Virus record (IMG/VR): IMGVR_UViG_2885360797_000005
Length of the DNA: 64,000 bases
Reading direction: 5' to 3' (one strand)
Source: a virus
Lineage: Duplodnaviria; Caudoviricetes
Shown: positions 49,118 through 59,340 of the stretch, one piece after another
Position numbering within the stretch: the first letter of the stretch is position 1
How the letters are laid out: each line of letters begins with the position of its first letter
Notes under the pieces: generated by a model
Told to the model about the DNA's origin: nothing
Seen by the model: the letters and a program-made list of their open reading frames with translations, nothing else
Database searches by the model: none
Position numbers and translations under genes: made by a program

Positions 49118-49588
49118 TTAAAATGGTATCTTTATGCCCAATAGCAATCCGTTACGAAAAGTGTCCCCATGCAGAAAGTTCACGTTATTTTTTTGGGTTA
49201 TTACAAACTCGCATCCGTTTCTGAAAACGTAGCTGTATTCAAAGCCCGCTTCCAGTCCGAGAAAGAATTTCCTTTCCACCGCACCGAATTGAGGGCCGAA
49301 ACGGAAGCGAAGCATACCGTTCTTATATCGGGCAAGCCGTTGTTTGTAAACAATACCACCATCCCAGAAGTAACCTTTCCAAAAGTCATCTTTCCTCCAG
49401 TGGTTGCCCACCTCGCCATACAACTCCACGGCATTGCCGTAGGACAGCGGATGTTCATAGCCGACCGTGGCGTTCAACGTGGAGGGGAACTGGAAGCCTG
49501 CATTTATCGTGAGTTTGGCATCTTGTGCTTGTGCGGATGTTCCTATGGTCATAACCGCACAAAGTAGAATAAATAATAGTTTTTTCAT
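49118..49588 (-). CDS. Outer-membrane beta-barrel-like conjugation protein (TraO position)
   Basis: Signal peptide, amphipathic strands, C-terminal Phe. Confidence 0.65.
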   Translation of the reverse strand: MKKLLFILLCAVMTIGTSAQAQDAKLTINAGFQFPSTLNATVGYEHPLSYGNAVELYGEVGNHWRKDDFWKGYFWDGGIVYKQRLARYKNGMLRFRFGPQFGAVERKFFLGLEAGFEYSYVFRNGCEFVITQKNNVNFLHGDTFRNGLLLGIKIPF

Positions 49589-50472
49589 TGTACGTCAGAG
49601 TATTTAATGTAGTGATACGGATAATAATCGCAGTTCTTCAAGATGTCCGAGTCAAAGCCGTCGGCATTGAGGATGTCCTCGTATTCGATGGTCAGCACGA
49701 TGACGCGGCCGCTGATTTGGTTCTCTGAAATCTCCAGTCGCAGCACTTTCTCGTCCGGGAATGTCAGCTTGGGGAGCACCAACACATTGCGATAGTTCTT
49801 CTGGAACTTCTTGGCATAGTTAAGCGAGAATACCGGAGTCAGTTCGATGGTCTGTGAGTTGGTTGCCTTGCTCTGCTTCTTGTCGGTCAGCTTCACTCGC
49901 AGTTCTTCTATGTCGTAAGGAATCTTTGTCTTGTTTTGCAACGAGTAATCAATGAAGAAGTAATCCCCGATGGCATAGATGTTATTGACTACAGCCTTCA
50001 TACCGTGCGCCTTTGACACCACCTGATTGAACTTGCGGTCGCTGCCATAAACCGCCCACGCATAGCGGGCCATTTCCGACATGGGCATAGACACCTCCGG
50101 GTTGATATAAGATTGCGTATCGCTGTATGGCACTTGGAAGATGGATGCCGCCAATGTGGGGGATTGTGTATAGACAATATCATACTGCGCGATATGCCGT
50201 TCACCTATCAAAGTAAGCGTACCTAACAGTTCATCTTCCTTATAATCGCATACCGAAATGAAATCGCTCTCTTGAAAAGGTCTGATACGCACAATGTTGT
50301 CGGCACACTGGTTGCCGATAATCTTGGGAGTGGATATATCCACTAACTTGATATTCTCCGGCATGACGATGTGGGTGGTCACTCCGCTATTGACATAGAT
50401 TCTTTCGTTGGCAGATGCGTTGCCCACGACAAAGAAGACACTGAGAATGAAAAGAAAAATCTTGGATTTCAT
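49585..50472 (-). CDS. traN: TraN/VirB9-like protein (DUF4138)
   Basis: TTHIVMPENIKLVDIS; K.TFPDEKVL..EISE; synteny after traM. Confidence 0.82.
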   Translation of the reverse strand: MKSKIFLFILSVFFVVGNASANERIYVNSGVTTHIVMPENIKLVDISTPKIIGNQCADNIVRIRPFQESDFISVCDYKEDELLGTLTLIGERHIAQYDIVYTQSPTLAASIFQVPYSDTQSYINPEVSMPMSEMARYAWAVYGSDRKFNQVVSKAHGMKAVVNNIYAIGDYFFIDYSLQNKTKIPYDIEELRVKLTDKKQSKATNSQTIELTPVFSLNYAKKFQKNYRNVLVLPKLTFPDEKVLRLEISENQISGRVIVLTIEYEDILNADGFDSDILKNCDYYPYHYIKYSDVQ

Positions 50473-50515
50473 ACGAATTGAATTATAATTTTAATGATTC
50501 TTGTTTTAATAATCT

Positions 50516-51706
50516 CTACCTTGCTTCATCCGAATTTATCAGATACACAATGGTATTGTACTTGATTTTCGCCTTGTTCTTTCGGATATTGGAGGATATG
50601 GCCGACGATGCCGAGTTATACATATTCTGCAAGGTCTGCAAGGCGATGGCTTCAGCCGATATGCCGGTTTCATATCCGCTTCCCGAATCAAAGCTGATAT
50701 TCTGCTGCGCCGCACTGGAACCGGCATCCTTTACGAAGTCACGGAACTGAGATTCGGGAACATAGAAGCCTTCCATACCATCATTGTCAAAAACGGACAG
50801 ATTGACCTTTACGAACTTGTCCCCAACCAGGATGCTGGTGATGGCCGCACGTACACGCTGCTGCCCGAAACCTGTCACCGTTCCATAAAGGTAAGTGCCT
50901 TTCTTCAAGTTGATGTCGCTAACCGTCACATCGTCCAATAGTTTGAATCGAAGACGGGTACCTTCACGCGCCTTGGTGGTCTGGTCAATCATCGCACGGA
51001 TCAGTTTGGCATCCACCGCATCGTCCGAAGAAGATACCGTGTGGAACTTGTCCGCATTGGTATCGGAGGATTTGATAACCAGCTTGGGACGGTTGTGTTC
51101 TTTCTCTTCCTGCCTGACTTTGGCTATGGAATCCGCACGTTGCCTTTGCAAAGCCTCTTCCTGCTCCGGGTTGGTTATGCCCAACCCGCTCTCGATGGCT
51201 TTCTGCCGTTCATAACTCCTGCGTTGGATTTCCTCCAAATCTTGGGCAAACTCGTCTTTAGATGAGTAACTTTCACCATTCTGTGAAGGGTCGCCATAGG
51301 CATATTCATTGATATGCTTTCGGGATTCTGCAAGGGAACGCTCCAGTTCTTCCATTTCTTTCTGCTGACGGATGCGTTCCGCCTCGGCTGCATCAAGCAT
51401 ATTCAGTTCTTCCTCGGTGTAACCATGTTCCAGTTCCTCGGTCTCATTCTTCTCCTCACCGATGGCACCGACTGCGGTAAAGGCATCCTCGTCACCAAAT
51501 CTGCGTGACATTTCATACATCTTATCTCCAGCTTCTTCCGCACGGGCTTCGGGAAGTTCCATGTTGATGCGGTCGGTGGCTACCGACTGACCGGTATCAC
51601 CATCACCGGAGAACATCTGCATCACGAAGTATATCAACGCGCATAGCGGCACGAACACCACCAGCGGAAAGATATACTTGGGTTGTTTGAAATTGATTTT
51701 AATCAT
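50516..51706 (-). CDS. traM: TraM/VirB10-like protein
   Basis: N-terminal TM; G.RLRFKLLD; SVFDNDGMEGFYVP. Confidence 0.88.
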   Translation of the reverse strand: MIKINFKQPKYIFPLVVFVPLCALIYFVMQMFSGDGDTGQSVATDRINMELPEARAEEAGDKMYEMSRRFGDEDAFTAVGAIGEEKNETEELEHGYTEEELNMLDAAEAERIRQQKEMEELERSLAESRKHINEYAYGDPSQNGESYSSKDEFAQDLEEIQRRSYERQKAIESGLGITNPEQEEALQRQRADSIAKVRQEEKEHNRPKLVIKSSDTNADKFHTVSSSDDAVDAKLIRAMIDQTTKAREGTRLRFKLLDDVTVSDINLKKGTYLYGTVTGFGQQRVRAAITSILVGDKFVKVNLSVFDNDGMEGFYVPESQFRDFVKDAGSSAAQQNISFDSGSGYETGISAEAIALQTLQNMYNSASSAISSNIRKNKAKIKYNTIVYLINSDEAR

Positions 51707-52203
51707 TTGGTCTCGTTATTATTAAGGGATTTGACAATGTTTTCAAGCTGACGGTATCGTTGAACGATACGGGTGGAATCCATCCTTGACTTATGCGGTA
51801 CGGCAATCATGGAATCCAATTCCTCACGGAGTTCCTGACCTTGGACTACCAAGTCCATCAGCGTGTTGCGCTGGATGTCCTTGTTTGCCTGTATGGTATG
51901 GAAGCCTGTGAAAAGCGGTTCCATGTTGCTTATCAGATTTTGATTTGCTTCATTCAATTCGTTAGAAGAATCTACATTGGCCCCACTAATCCAAATGTTG
52001 CCCACCAGAACAAAAGCCAATGTCCCGGTTACATAAGCGAATGTACGCTTCGGATGTTTGGTCGCCCATGCGTTGGCCAAACGTATTCTTGCCGCCAGCC
52101 GATACTTCGTACCGATTGCCCCCATCTTGGGTTGCAGCCATGCCCGAACCTGTTGGTGGGTTTTCAGACGGCTTTCATGCAATATCTTTCTGAGTGATTT
52201 CAT
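51703..52203 (-). CDS. Single-TM conjugation protein (TraL position)
   Basis: One TM + coiled coil, between traK and traM. Confidence 0.65.
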   Translation of the reverse strand: MKSLRKILHESRLKTHQQVRAWLQPKMGAIGTKYRLAARIRLANAWATKHPKRTFAYVTGTLAFVLVGNIWISGANVDSSNELNEANQNLISNMEPLFTGFHTIQANKDIQRNTLMDLVVQGQELREELDSMIAVPHKSRMDSTRIVQRYRQLENIVKSLNNNETK

Positions 52204-52214
52204 TGTTGCTGTTT

Positions 52215-52811
52215 TTAATAATCCAAATCCTTGTTCTCTATGGTGCGCCAGTTGGTAATCATCAGTCCGTGGGGATTGTTCCTCGTCTTCGGCACATTCT
52301 CCAAATACCCGGTCGTTACCATCGTCCGTTTCAAGTCACGGGTGCGCCGCTTGATTAGCTGCGTACCGTAGTAGGTGAATTTCCGTTCATGTTCGTCAAA
52401 CTGGATGGAATCGCACATAATGGTGCAGACTGCCGATGACGATATGATGTCGGAATAAAAACCGTTCTCGTCCATCGCCTGTTTCTGTTTCAAAGCGGTA
52501 CCGTCCGCCATATACATCGCCTTGCTGACCGTCCACTTGATATAGTCGTTATCGGGTGGCAGGTTGAAGAAGTATTGATGAAAGAGCTGGATGTGCGCCT
52601 TCGCCTCCATAATAAAGTTCGCTTCCAAATTGGCACGTTCCGCCAAGAAAGGAATGTCACCGTCCAATACATATATCTGCTGCCGCTCCTTGGTGACCAA
52701 AGAGATGCAGCACCAGACCGTGAAGCCGCAGATGACGGCGCAACCTCCGATGGTTGCGAGTACCGTCATCATGGCAAGTCTGGTTTTCTGTGCTAAAGAT
52801 TCTATAAGCAT
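52215..52811 (-). CDS. traK: TraK/VirB8-like protein
   Basis: IYVLD, FHQYFFNLPPD, KAMYMAD, NPHGLMI. Confidence 0.9.
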   Translation of the reverse strand: MLIESLAQKTRLAMMTVLATIGGCAVICGFTVWCCISLVTKERQQIYVLDGDIPFLAERANLEANFIMEAKAHIQLFHQYFFNLPPDNDYIKWTVSKAMYMADGTALKQKQAMDENGFYSDIISSSAVCTIMCDSIQFDEHERKFTYYGTQLIKRRTRDLKRTMVTTGYLENVPKTRNNPHGLMITNWRTIENKDLDY

Positions 52812-52834
52812 ATCGTTTTGTTTTAAGATTACAT

Positions 52835-53956
52835 TCACTTGGATTTAATTACCGAGCCTGCCGCACCTGCCGTTGCACCGACCGCTCCTCCGGCGATAGA
52901 ACCAGCCGTAGCAGCCATACCTGTAACAGTAGAACCTGCCGCAGAAGCCGCACTCGAACTTACGCCACCGGGTATCAGCCAAGAGGCCACTTCGGGAACG
53001 AAGCGGATGATGTAGGCACCCACCAGCATACCCATCGCATACATGCAGTTAGAGCCGATGCCCTGCAATCCCAATGCGCCAATCTGTTCCCACGTATTGA
53101 CAGAACCGTGCAGGAGGTGGTTGTAGGCTACCATGTCTTGCTGAAGGTTATAGAGCAGGATGAAGTCAATGTAGTAAAGGCACATATAGGTAACGAAGCC
53201 CCATAACGAGAGGGAAAGGAACTTTGACATCCATTGGCTCCATGCCGAACTCCAAGGTGGAGCAAGCGATAGCGCGAACATGATCGGGCAGAATATCATC
53301 ATAATGGCGATGAATATCCGTTGCGCCACTAATATGCCGTAATAGGACATCTGGAATATCAGTTCACCGATGAAGCGTATGACATCGTTGATCCACTCGC
53401 TGACCTTGGTCTCGGCAGCCACGGCTGCACGTTGGGCATAGTTGTTGATGGTACTGCCCAAGTTCTCCACATTGTAGATAAGTTTGTCCCACCAAGCCGC
53501 ATCCTCACCGATGGCTGCCACCTGTTTGGCGGTCGCGATGGAATCCTGAACGGCTCTCAGCCGGTCCAAGTATTCACTCTGCTTTTGTGCTACCTTTAGC
53601 TCGAAAGCGGCCACCTCTTTGTTTTTGGAGTGTGCCATCGCTTTGGTGGCTGACTCCAATCCCTTGCCCGGTACTTGCAATGCGGAACAGATCCATGACG
53701 AGGAAGAGATACAGATGGAGATACCGACAATGCGCAGGAGCTTCATCACATCCATACCGCGCCGTCCGAGTATCATCATCCAACATTCGTATGAGCCGAC
53801 ACAAAGGGCAAGCAGCAATCCGATGACACGTGCCAGTCCGACCGCGTCACCCAATACCGCCACATTCGGGAAGGTTTCCATGGCAACCAAGAGTTTGTCC
53901 AGACTCTCGTCAATGGCGGGCAAGCCTATGGTCAGGAAAATTGATAATACATTCAT
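52835..53956 (-). CDS. traJ: TraJ/VirB6-like polytopic membrane protein
   Basis: Multiple TMs; PIMFALS...W...F....LW; VP.VASWLI; Ala/Gly tail. Confidence 0.85.
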   Translation of the reverse strand: MNVLSIFLTIGLPAIDESLDKLLVAMETFPNVAVLGDAVGLARVIGLLLALCVGSYECWMMILGRRGMDVMKLLRIVGISICISSSSWICSALQVPGKGLESATKAMAHSKNKEVAAFELKVAQKQSEYLDRLRAVQDSIATAKQVAAIGEDAAWWDKLIYNVENLGSTINNYAQRAAVAAETKVSEWINDVIRFIGELIFQMSYYGILVAQRIFIAIMMIFCPIMFALSLAPPWSSAWSQWMSKFLSLSLWGFVTYMCLYYIDFILLYNLQQDMVAYNHLLHGSVNTWEQIGALGLQGIGSNCMYAMGMLVGAYIIRFVPEVASWLIPGGVSSSAASAAGSTVTGMAATAGSIAGGAVGATAGAAGSVIKSK

Positions 53957-53976
53957 TGTTATTCTAATTTTACAGT

Positions 53977-54663
53977 TTAATAATGCGTTGCTGCCACTAC
54001 GCACAAATGGGCAGTCTGGTTGACCAGTTCCTGCATCTTCGTTTTGGCTTCCTCGTATGCCTGTTGCCGTTTGGCATTCTCCAGTCCGTAGCCGACACCT
54101 GTCTTATGGATATAGGCGATGCCGGAACAAAGAATCTCGTTCTGCCGGCTCAACTCGTCCACCTGGTATTTGAGTTTGCCGTCACTCTTCTTCATGCAGT
54201 AGAGCAGTCCGTCAGTGATACACTTCTGCATACGGTCAAACTCGTCCTTGTAGGTGGCGTATGTCAGATCAACCGACCTGTCAGCCTCTCGAACCAGCTC
54301 TTCCTTGTATAGTTCCTCGATGTACTTGCGCTCCGTTTCCACCTTCTTCACTTTCTGCCTCTGGGTCTCTTCCGCCGTCACACGGGTAGGCATGATACGT
54401 TTTACATCGGAGTCCTTTTCCTTGAAGCGAACCCGGAAGCCGGACTTGAAGCCTGCCCACTTCCAATACATTTCCGCACCGGAATACTTGTTGTGCAAGA
54501 AGTAATAGTACCAATCGGGAGCAAAGTCCCAAGGCCCGTTTTCCATGGACTTCCATTGTTTTTCTTTCTCCTTGTCACGGGTCGGGCGTTGGGCTGACAT
54601 TGTAATTGGAGTGCCCAATGCCATAAATGTGATTAAACCGAGTATGATGTTTCTAACCTGCAT
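53977..54663 (-). CDS. Secreted conjugation protein (DUF5045-like)
   Basis: Signal peptide; QWKSME.GPWDFAPDWYYYFLH. Confidence 0.7.
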   Translation of the reverse strand: MQVRNIILGLITFMALGTPITMSAQRPTRDKEKEKQWKSMENGPWDFAPDWYYYFLHNKYSGAEMYWKWAGFKSGFRVRFKEKDSDVKRIMPTRVTAEETQRQKVKKVETERKYIEELYKEELVREADRSVDLTYATYKDEFDRMQKCITDGLLYCMKKSDGKLKYQVDELSRQNEILCSGIAYIHKTGVGYGLENAKRQQAYEEAKTKMQELVNQTAHLCVVAATHY

Positions 54664-55360
54664 ATCCTTGATTCCATTTATTGATTACTTTATTCGCTAT
54701 CTCATCCTTGACATTGGAGTTCAAAATCTCCCAGATATAATCCGGCTTCCAACCGCAATCCGTTATCAGGAAGCAGTACAGATTGGCGTTGTCAATGATG
54801 TACCGTGCCCTGTCAATGGAGGTTTTGAGGGTCATTACCAGATTCAGTTTTTCGTCCATGCTTGCCTTCATCAGGTTGATACCCGAAGCTGCCACGGAAG
54901 CATAGAGCTTGTAGCAATGGCTTATCTCCCTTGATATGGCTACATTGGCATCCGCATAGTACCAGCCGACAAAAGGCTTCTTCGAGACATACTTGAAGGT
55001 ATTGCTCGTAAAGTCCTTGTACTCTTTGACCAACTGATAGAGGGAGTTGGCGGTGCTTGATATGGCACCTGCCAGTACAAGGTACGAATGGGCATTGCCC
55101 AACTTGGTATCGAGTGTTGTCCGTACATCATTGAACTTGATGGCTCCCTTGGCTACAAGCGACTGCTCCCCGAAGCTGGTGGCCACCCGTTTCAATGCCT
55201 GGTCTTCATCTTTCTTCACGGCTTTGTGAAGGGCTATCAGGGCTTCAATGGTCGGCAGGTCTTTCGGGATGACATAAGCGTGAGACTTCGCCGAAAGCAG
55301 TATTGACAATGTTATACAGAGCAATCCAATTCTTATATTAAAGTCTTTCATACTTCTCAA
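54653..55360 (-). CDS. Secreted helical conjugation protein
   Basis: Signal peptide; C-terminus ...INKWNQG. Confidence 0.7.
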   Translation of the reverse strand: MRSMKDFNIRIGLLCITLSILLSAKSHAYVIPKDLPTIEALIALHKAVKKDEDQALKRVATSFGEQSLVAKGAIKFNDVRTTLDTKLGNAHSYLVLAGAISSTANSLYQLVKEYKDFTSNTFKYVSKKPFVGWYYADANVAISREISHCYKLYASVAASGINLMKASMDEKLNLVMTLKTSIDRARYIIDNANLYCFLITDCGWKPDYIWEILNSNVKDEIANKVINKWNQGYAG

Positions 55361-56097
55361 TAATTAGATGTAACCAATCCGTTCCAGTCATTGATAAGAC
55401 CGCTGACATTGTTCTTCATCGTCACCACATTTGCCCATCCCTCCGGGTCAATGGCAAAGAAAAGGTCATTAGCAGTGGCATATTGGGCCATCAGTATCAT
55501 GCCCTCCACCTTGTAACGTATCTCCAAAAGGCCGGAATAGATGGAATTGGCAAGTGACAATCGTTCATAGCGGTCAAGCATATTATAACCGTCATTTTTC
55601 TTCTCAGCCGTACCTTGTCCTTTAAGTGGATTCTGTATCGTGGCATTGTTCACGATATTGACGAAATTGCCCACCAACTGCTGGGTTTCCGTCACAAGGT
55701 TGCCCAGTTCATTCAGGCATAGCAGCTTGTTGGAGAACTTTGCCTTGCTTACCGTTTGGATAAGTTCCGGCACATCTTTGAGGATGTCGTATGCGCATAG
55801 TCCAATCTCCTTGTAGTATTTGCTCTCCGTACCGAAGCCCGACACGTTCTGCATTGTCACCTTATAGAGTTCCTTGATGGTAGCCATGCTCACGGTATAG
55901 AGTTCCACCTTCTTCTTTTTCTCGGCTATTGAGTCCAGCCTTTGGTTATGCTGACCCTCAATCAGCTTTTGAGAGGCAAGGTTGCTACTTACCACCTTGA
56001 TGCAGTTCTTGTCTATGACTACCTTCCATGCGGCGAATAAATTTGGAGTGGCCACTATTGTTATGAGTGCCACAAGTATCATTCTAATTCTTACCAT
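55357..56097 (-). CDS. Secreted helical conjugation protein
   Basis: Signal peptide; ERLSLAN, DPEGWA. Confidence 0.7.
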   Translation of the reverse strand: MVRIRMILVALITIVATPNLFAAWKVVIDKNCIKVVSSNLASQKLIEGQHNQRLDSIAEKKKKVELYTVSMATIKELYKVTMQNVSGFGTESKYYKEIGLCAYDILKDVPELIQTVSKAKFSNKLLCLNELGNLVTETQQLVGNFVNIVNNATIQNPLKGQGTAEKKNDGYNMLDRYERLSLANSIYSGLLEIRYKVEGMILMAQYATANDLFFAIDPEGWANVVTMKNNVSGLINDWNGLVTSNY

Positions 56098-58928
56098 AAC
56101 GACATCACTTTTTGTTGTTGATTGACTTTTCTTGCGAATACCAGATACTTGTCATCACCGGCTTGCTTCCTGTCCGCCTCGATTCTCGTGATTGCCTCCT
56201 GCATATTGCCATAGTAGGCAAGGTAAATCTTCAAGGCTTCCTTCTCAGTCCGCTCGGTGGTGTATGCCCAATAACATTCGGGCGGTTCCTCCACCCCATA
56301 GACATCGGAGTTCTGTCCCCGGCATATCCATACCTCCTTGAAGTAGTTGCGCCCCTCCCGGTTGTTCAGGGCGTTGACGGTAAAAATCTGCTGCCGCTGT
56401 ATTTGGGTCAGTCCCAATATGGCGGCTATCTCATCGTACCTGTCCTTAAACTTGGTCTGGTCTAATAAAACCTTGACATCCGAGTTATTGATAATGGCTT
56501 CCTTTACGATGGGCGAATCTATCACGTCATTCAATTCCTGAGTGACCACTCCGGCAATACCGTGAAACTTCCTTACCGTTTTATAGAGGTACTTGATATA
56601 CTCTGCCATCGTAGGAGAAGCAATCGCTTTCCACGCTTCTTCGATTATCAGTGCCTTGCGTCCTTTCTTGATACGCATCTTCTGAAGGAATACGTCCATG
56701 ATAATCAGCACCACAATAGGGAAAAGCACGGGATCATCTTTTATTTTGTCAATCTCAAAGACGATGAACCTCTCATCAAAGAGGTTTACATCCAAGTCGG
56801 AGTTCAGTGTGGTTTCCAACTCACCGCCCCGATAAAATTGCTTCAAGATAGCGGCGAAGTCCCGGATGCCGAAACTGATTTTCTCCTGCGAAGTGATTTG
56901 CGGGATGCGTTCCAAAGCAAACTCATAATAGGAGTTGAAGGACAGTTCCTTTACCCTGAGCCTGCGTTTCTGTACTTCCAAGTAATCAATCTGCTTCTCA
57001 ATCTTTATCAAGAAAGAGTTCTCATAGAGTTCCTTCTTGAATTTCTCCATGATGCACAAGGCACGCTCCCTTTCTGCCTGAGTAGCCCCTTGATCATGGG
57101 CAAGCGCATTTAGGGAACGGTATTGACGAATCAGCTTTTGTCTGTGAGCCTCGGTAGGCAGCATCAACATACGGTTCTCCTCAATCTTGGAAGGAGGCTC
57201 TTCCGTATTTATCAGTTCGTCTATGTCCTCCATCCTGGTGGAATAGTTATCATAGTCTTCTTCCATCTTTGCGTCCACAAGCAACTTCTGGCGTAAGCCT
57301 TCACGTTCCTTCTCTGTGAATTTCTCAAAGGGATGGAAATAGGCATCGTAATACTCCACGATGGTCTGGTTCACCAACATGTCCTCTATCTTCGTGGGCA
57401 ATTCGTTGCCTTTGAATATCAGAAATATCAGAGATTTTAGGAAGTTTTTCTTCTCGCCAAAATTCAGTTCGTATTCTTCCTTAGTCACCTTAAAGGGGTT
57501 CATGGAAATAGGCTTCTCTTTGGTATAGGAGATATACGTGCCACCGAAGTAGCTGCAGATTCCTTCGTATGAATCACCTGTATCTACCATCACCACATCC
57601 GTGTTTTGTTCCAACAACTGGCGGACGACCGAGTTTGTGTGAAAAGATTTTCCGCTTCCGCTTGGCCCGATGCAGAAGAAATTGGCATTGTCGGTCATCT
57701 TGACTTTGCCTTCCTTTCCCGTGAAGTCTATGCAGACCGGCAATCCTTGTCGGTCTGTATAGTAGGTGGTCAAAGGTGTCTGCTCAGACTCCTTTAAGTG
57801 TTCTTTGAAGAAAAAGCACAATGCCGCATCAGATAAAGTCAAGAACAAATCGTAGTCAGGATTGAAAGCGTAGGCGTTTCCGGGAAAGCTATCCGTGAAT
57901 AGTTCCAACTGGTTGTAAGCTGTCCGTGACGGCATGATGCCACATTCATATAACTTGGTTTCCAAATACGATGTAACCGGGGTTACTTTATCCGCAGGAC
58001 AACTGACCAGGATATTGAAATTGGTATATACCAACATGGAACTGTCCACGGCAAGCCGGTTCAAGACTTCCTCGATATCAGCCTTGGCTATTTTGTTGCT
58101 GGGGTCAGGCATGGAGCCGTGACGCTTTGCCTTGGCTTGTAACTTCCTTAACAGTTTTCTCTGATTGGGTATCTGGACCACTTGGTTGAATACCACACAA
58201 TCCGAAAAAGGGATGTTGGTCAGGAACGAGAACAGGTCGGTGGCGATGGTATATCCGTTGATATTCGTCTGCGTATAGGGCTTGATGACTGACGGCAGGT
58301 TTATCTCGTCTATATCCACCAACGGGTAGGAACGGATGATGCGCTCCCCGGTTCTCAGGTATTCATCCGATGACTTGAAGTTGGTCATGGAAAAGGCACC
58401 GTGCCGGAACTGAAATGCCATAAAGCGGTGGCAATACTCGGATGCTTCAGCTTTGCTGAGTTTACGATGGCGGATGCCTCGCTCGGTCAGGATATCATCC
58501 ACCTTGGAAACCTTCGTATGAAAATCCAGCCATGTTTTCGGGTCGTATTGCACGAACTGGCTGCGCTGCGCCTCTTGCGTCACTATCAGGTACGTGCGTA
58601 TCTCCGTGAACTCCCTTCCCTCGAAATAATTGAAATAGCTCCGGGTCAGGAACTCCGCATCTTCCGGCACGTCATGGTGGTAGGCTTGTTTGCAAAGGAT
58701 GTCCTGCTTCTGCAAGGCATACCCCTCGCCGAGGGTCTGTACCACATTGGATAGTACATCCTGAAAACGTATATACTGCCCGGCATCAGTACAGAACTGC
58801 TGCACCGGATTGGTCATCTCGAAGATGACGGACGGCTCGCCCTTGGCTGAAAAAAGGACGACATTGCCGTCCGTTTCCTCCAGCCCGGCATAGAGGCCGT
58901 CAAAGACTTTTTTCTTGGTTTGTGCCAT
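56091..58928 (-). CDS. traG: TraG/VirB4 conjugative ATPase
   Basis: GPSGSGKS, VD.GDSY, IEEAW, RKFHG...VTQE. Confidence 0.95.
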   Translation of the reverse strand: MAQTKKKVFDGLYAGLEETDGNVVLFSAKGEPSVIFEMTNPVQQFCTDAGQYIRFQDVLSNVVQTLGEGYALQKQDILCKQAYHHDVPEDAEFLTRSYFNYFEGREFTEIRTYLIVTQEAQRSQFVQYDPKTWLDFHTKVSKVDDILTERGIRHRKLSKAEASEYCHRFMAFQFRHGAFSMTNFKSSDEYLRTGERIIRSYPLVDIDEINLPSVIKPYTQTNINGYTIATDLFSFLTNIPFSDCVVFNQVVQIPNQRKLLRKLQAKAKRHGSMPDPSNKIAKADIEEVLNRLAVDSSMLVYTNFNILVSCPADKVTPVTSYLETKLYECGIMPSRTAYNQLELFTDSFPGNAYAFNPDYDLFLTLSDAALCFFFKEHLKESEQTPLTTYYTDRQGLPVCIDFTGKEGKVKMTDNANFFCIGPSGSGKSFHTNSVVRQLLEQNTDVVMVDTGDSYEGICSYFGGTYISYTKEKPISMNPFKVTKEEYELNFGEKKNFLKSLIFLIFKGNELPTKIEDMLVNQTIVEYYDAYFHPFEKFTEKEREGLRQKLLVDAKMEEDYDNYSTRMEDIDELINTEEPPSKIEENRMLMLPTEAHRQKLIRQYRSLNALAHDQGATQAERERALCIMEKFKKELYENSFLIKIEKQIDYLEVQKRRLRVKELSFNSYYEFALERIPQITSQEKISFGIRDFAAILKQFYRGGELETTLNSDLDVNLFDERFIVFEIDKIKDDPVLFPIVVLIIMDVFLQKMRIKKGRKALIIEEAWKAIASPTMAEYIKYLYKTVRKFHGIAGVVTQELNDVIDSPIVKEAIINNSDVKVLLDQTKFKDRYDEIAAILGLTQIQRQQIFTVNALNNREGRNYFKEVWICRGQNSDVYGVEEPPECYWAYTTERTEKEALKIYLAYYGNMQEAITRIEADRKQAGDDKYLVFARKVNQQQKVMSLW

Positions 58929-58930
58929 AA

Positions 58931-59221
58931 TTAGGAGCTTTTTCTCAGTTTGTTGTAAATATAAATGCCCTTGTCTCTCCGCTTGTTGTGCAGTCCTCCG
59001 CGCTGTTTGATGAAGATGGTCACCAGCCCGATGACTGCCATGACAAGCATGGCGACGAATCCGGCGAGCTTTCCCAATACAATGGAGAACAGTATGAAGC
59101 CGACAAACGACACGCCGATGGCCAATGCCGCCAACGTGAGGAAGCGTCCACGGATGCCCATGAACTCCAGCGGCTTTTGCAGTCCCTTGAATACGGGAAA
59201 TTCCTCCTGATTCATCGTCAA
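58931..59221 (-). CDS. TraF/VirB3-like protein (DUF4133)
   Basis: FKGLQKPLEFMGIRGR followed by two TMs. Confidence 0.82.
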   Translation of the reverse strand: MTMNQEEFPVFKGLQKPLEFMGIRGRFLTLAALAIGVSFVGFILFSIVLGKLAGFVAMLVMAVIGLVTIFIKQRGGLHNKRRDKGIYIYNKLRKSS

Positions 59222-59239
59222 TATCTTGTTATGTTTCTA

Positions 59240-59340
59240 CTACTTGAAGAATAGCGGAAGAGCCTCGGACAAAGCGATAAAGGCGATACAGCCACCGATG
59301 GTGAGCATGATGGTCTTCTTCACGTCCTGGTCGCCGTTTG
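59240..59340 (-). CDS. Exon 2 of the TraE/VirB2 pilin-like gene (DUF4134-like)
   Basis: (S)NGDQDVKKTIMLTIGGCIAFIALSEALPLFFK*; in frame with exon 1 after intron removal. Confidence 0.85.
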
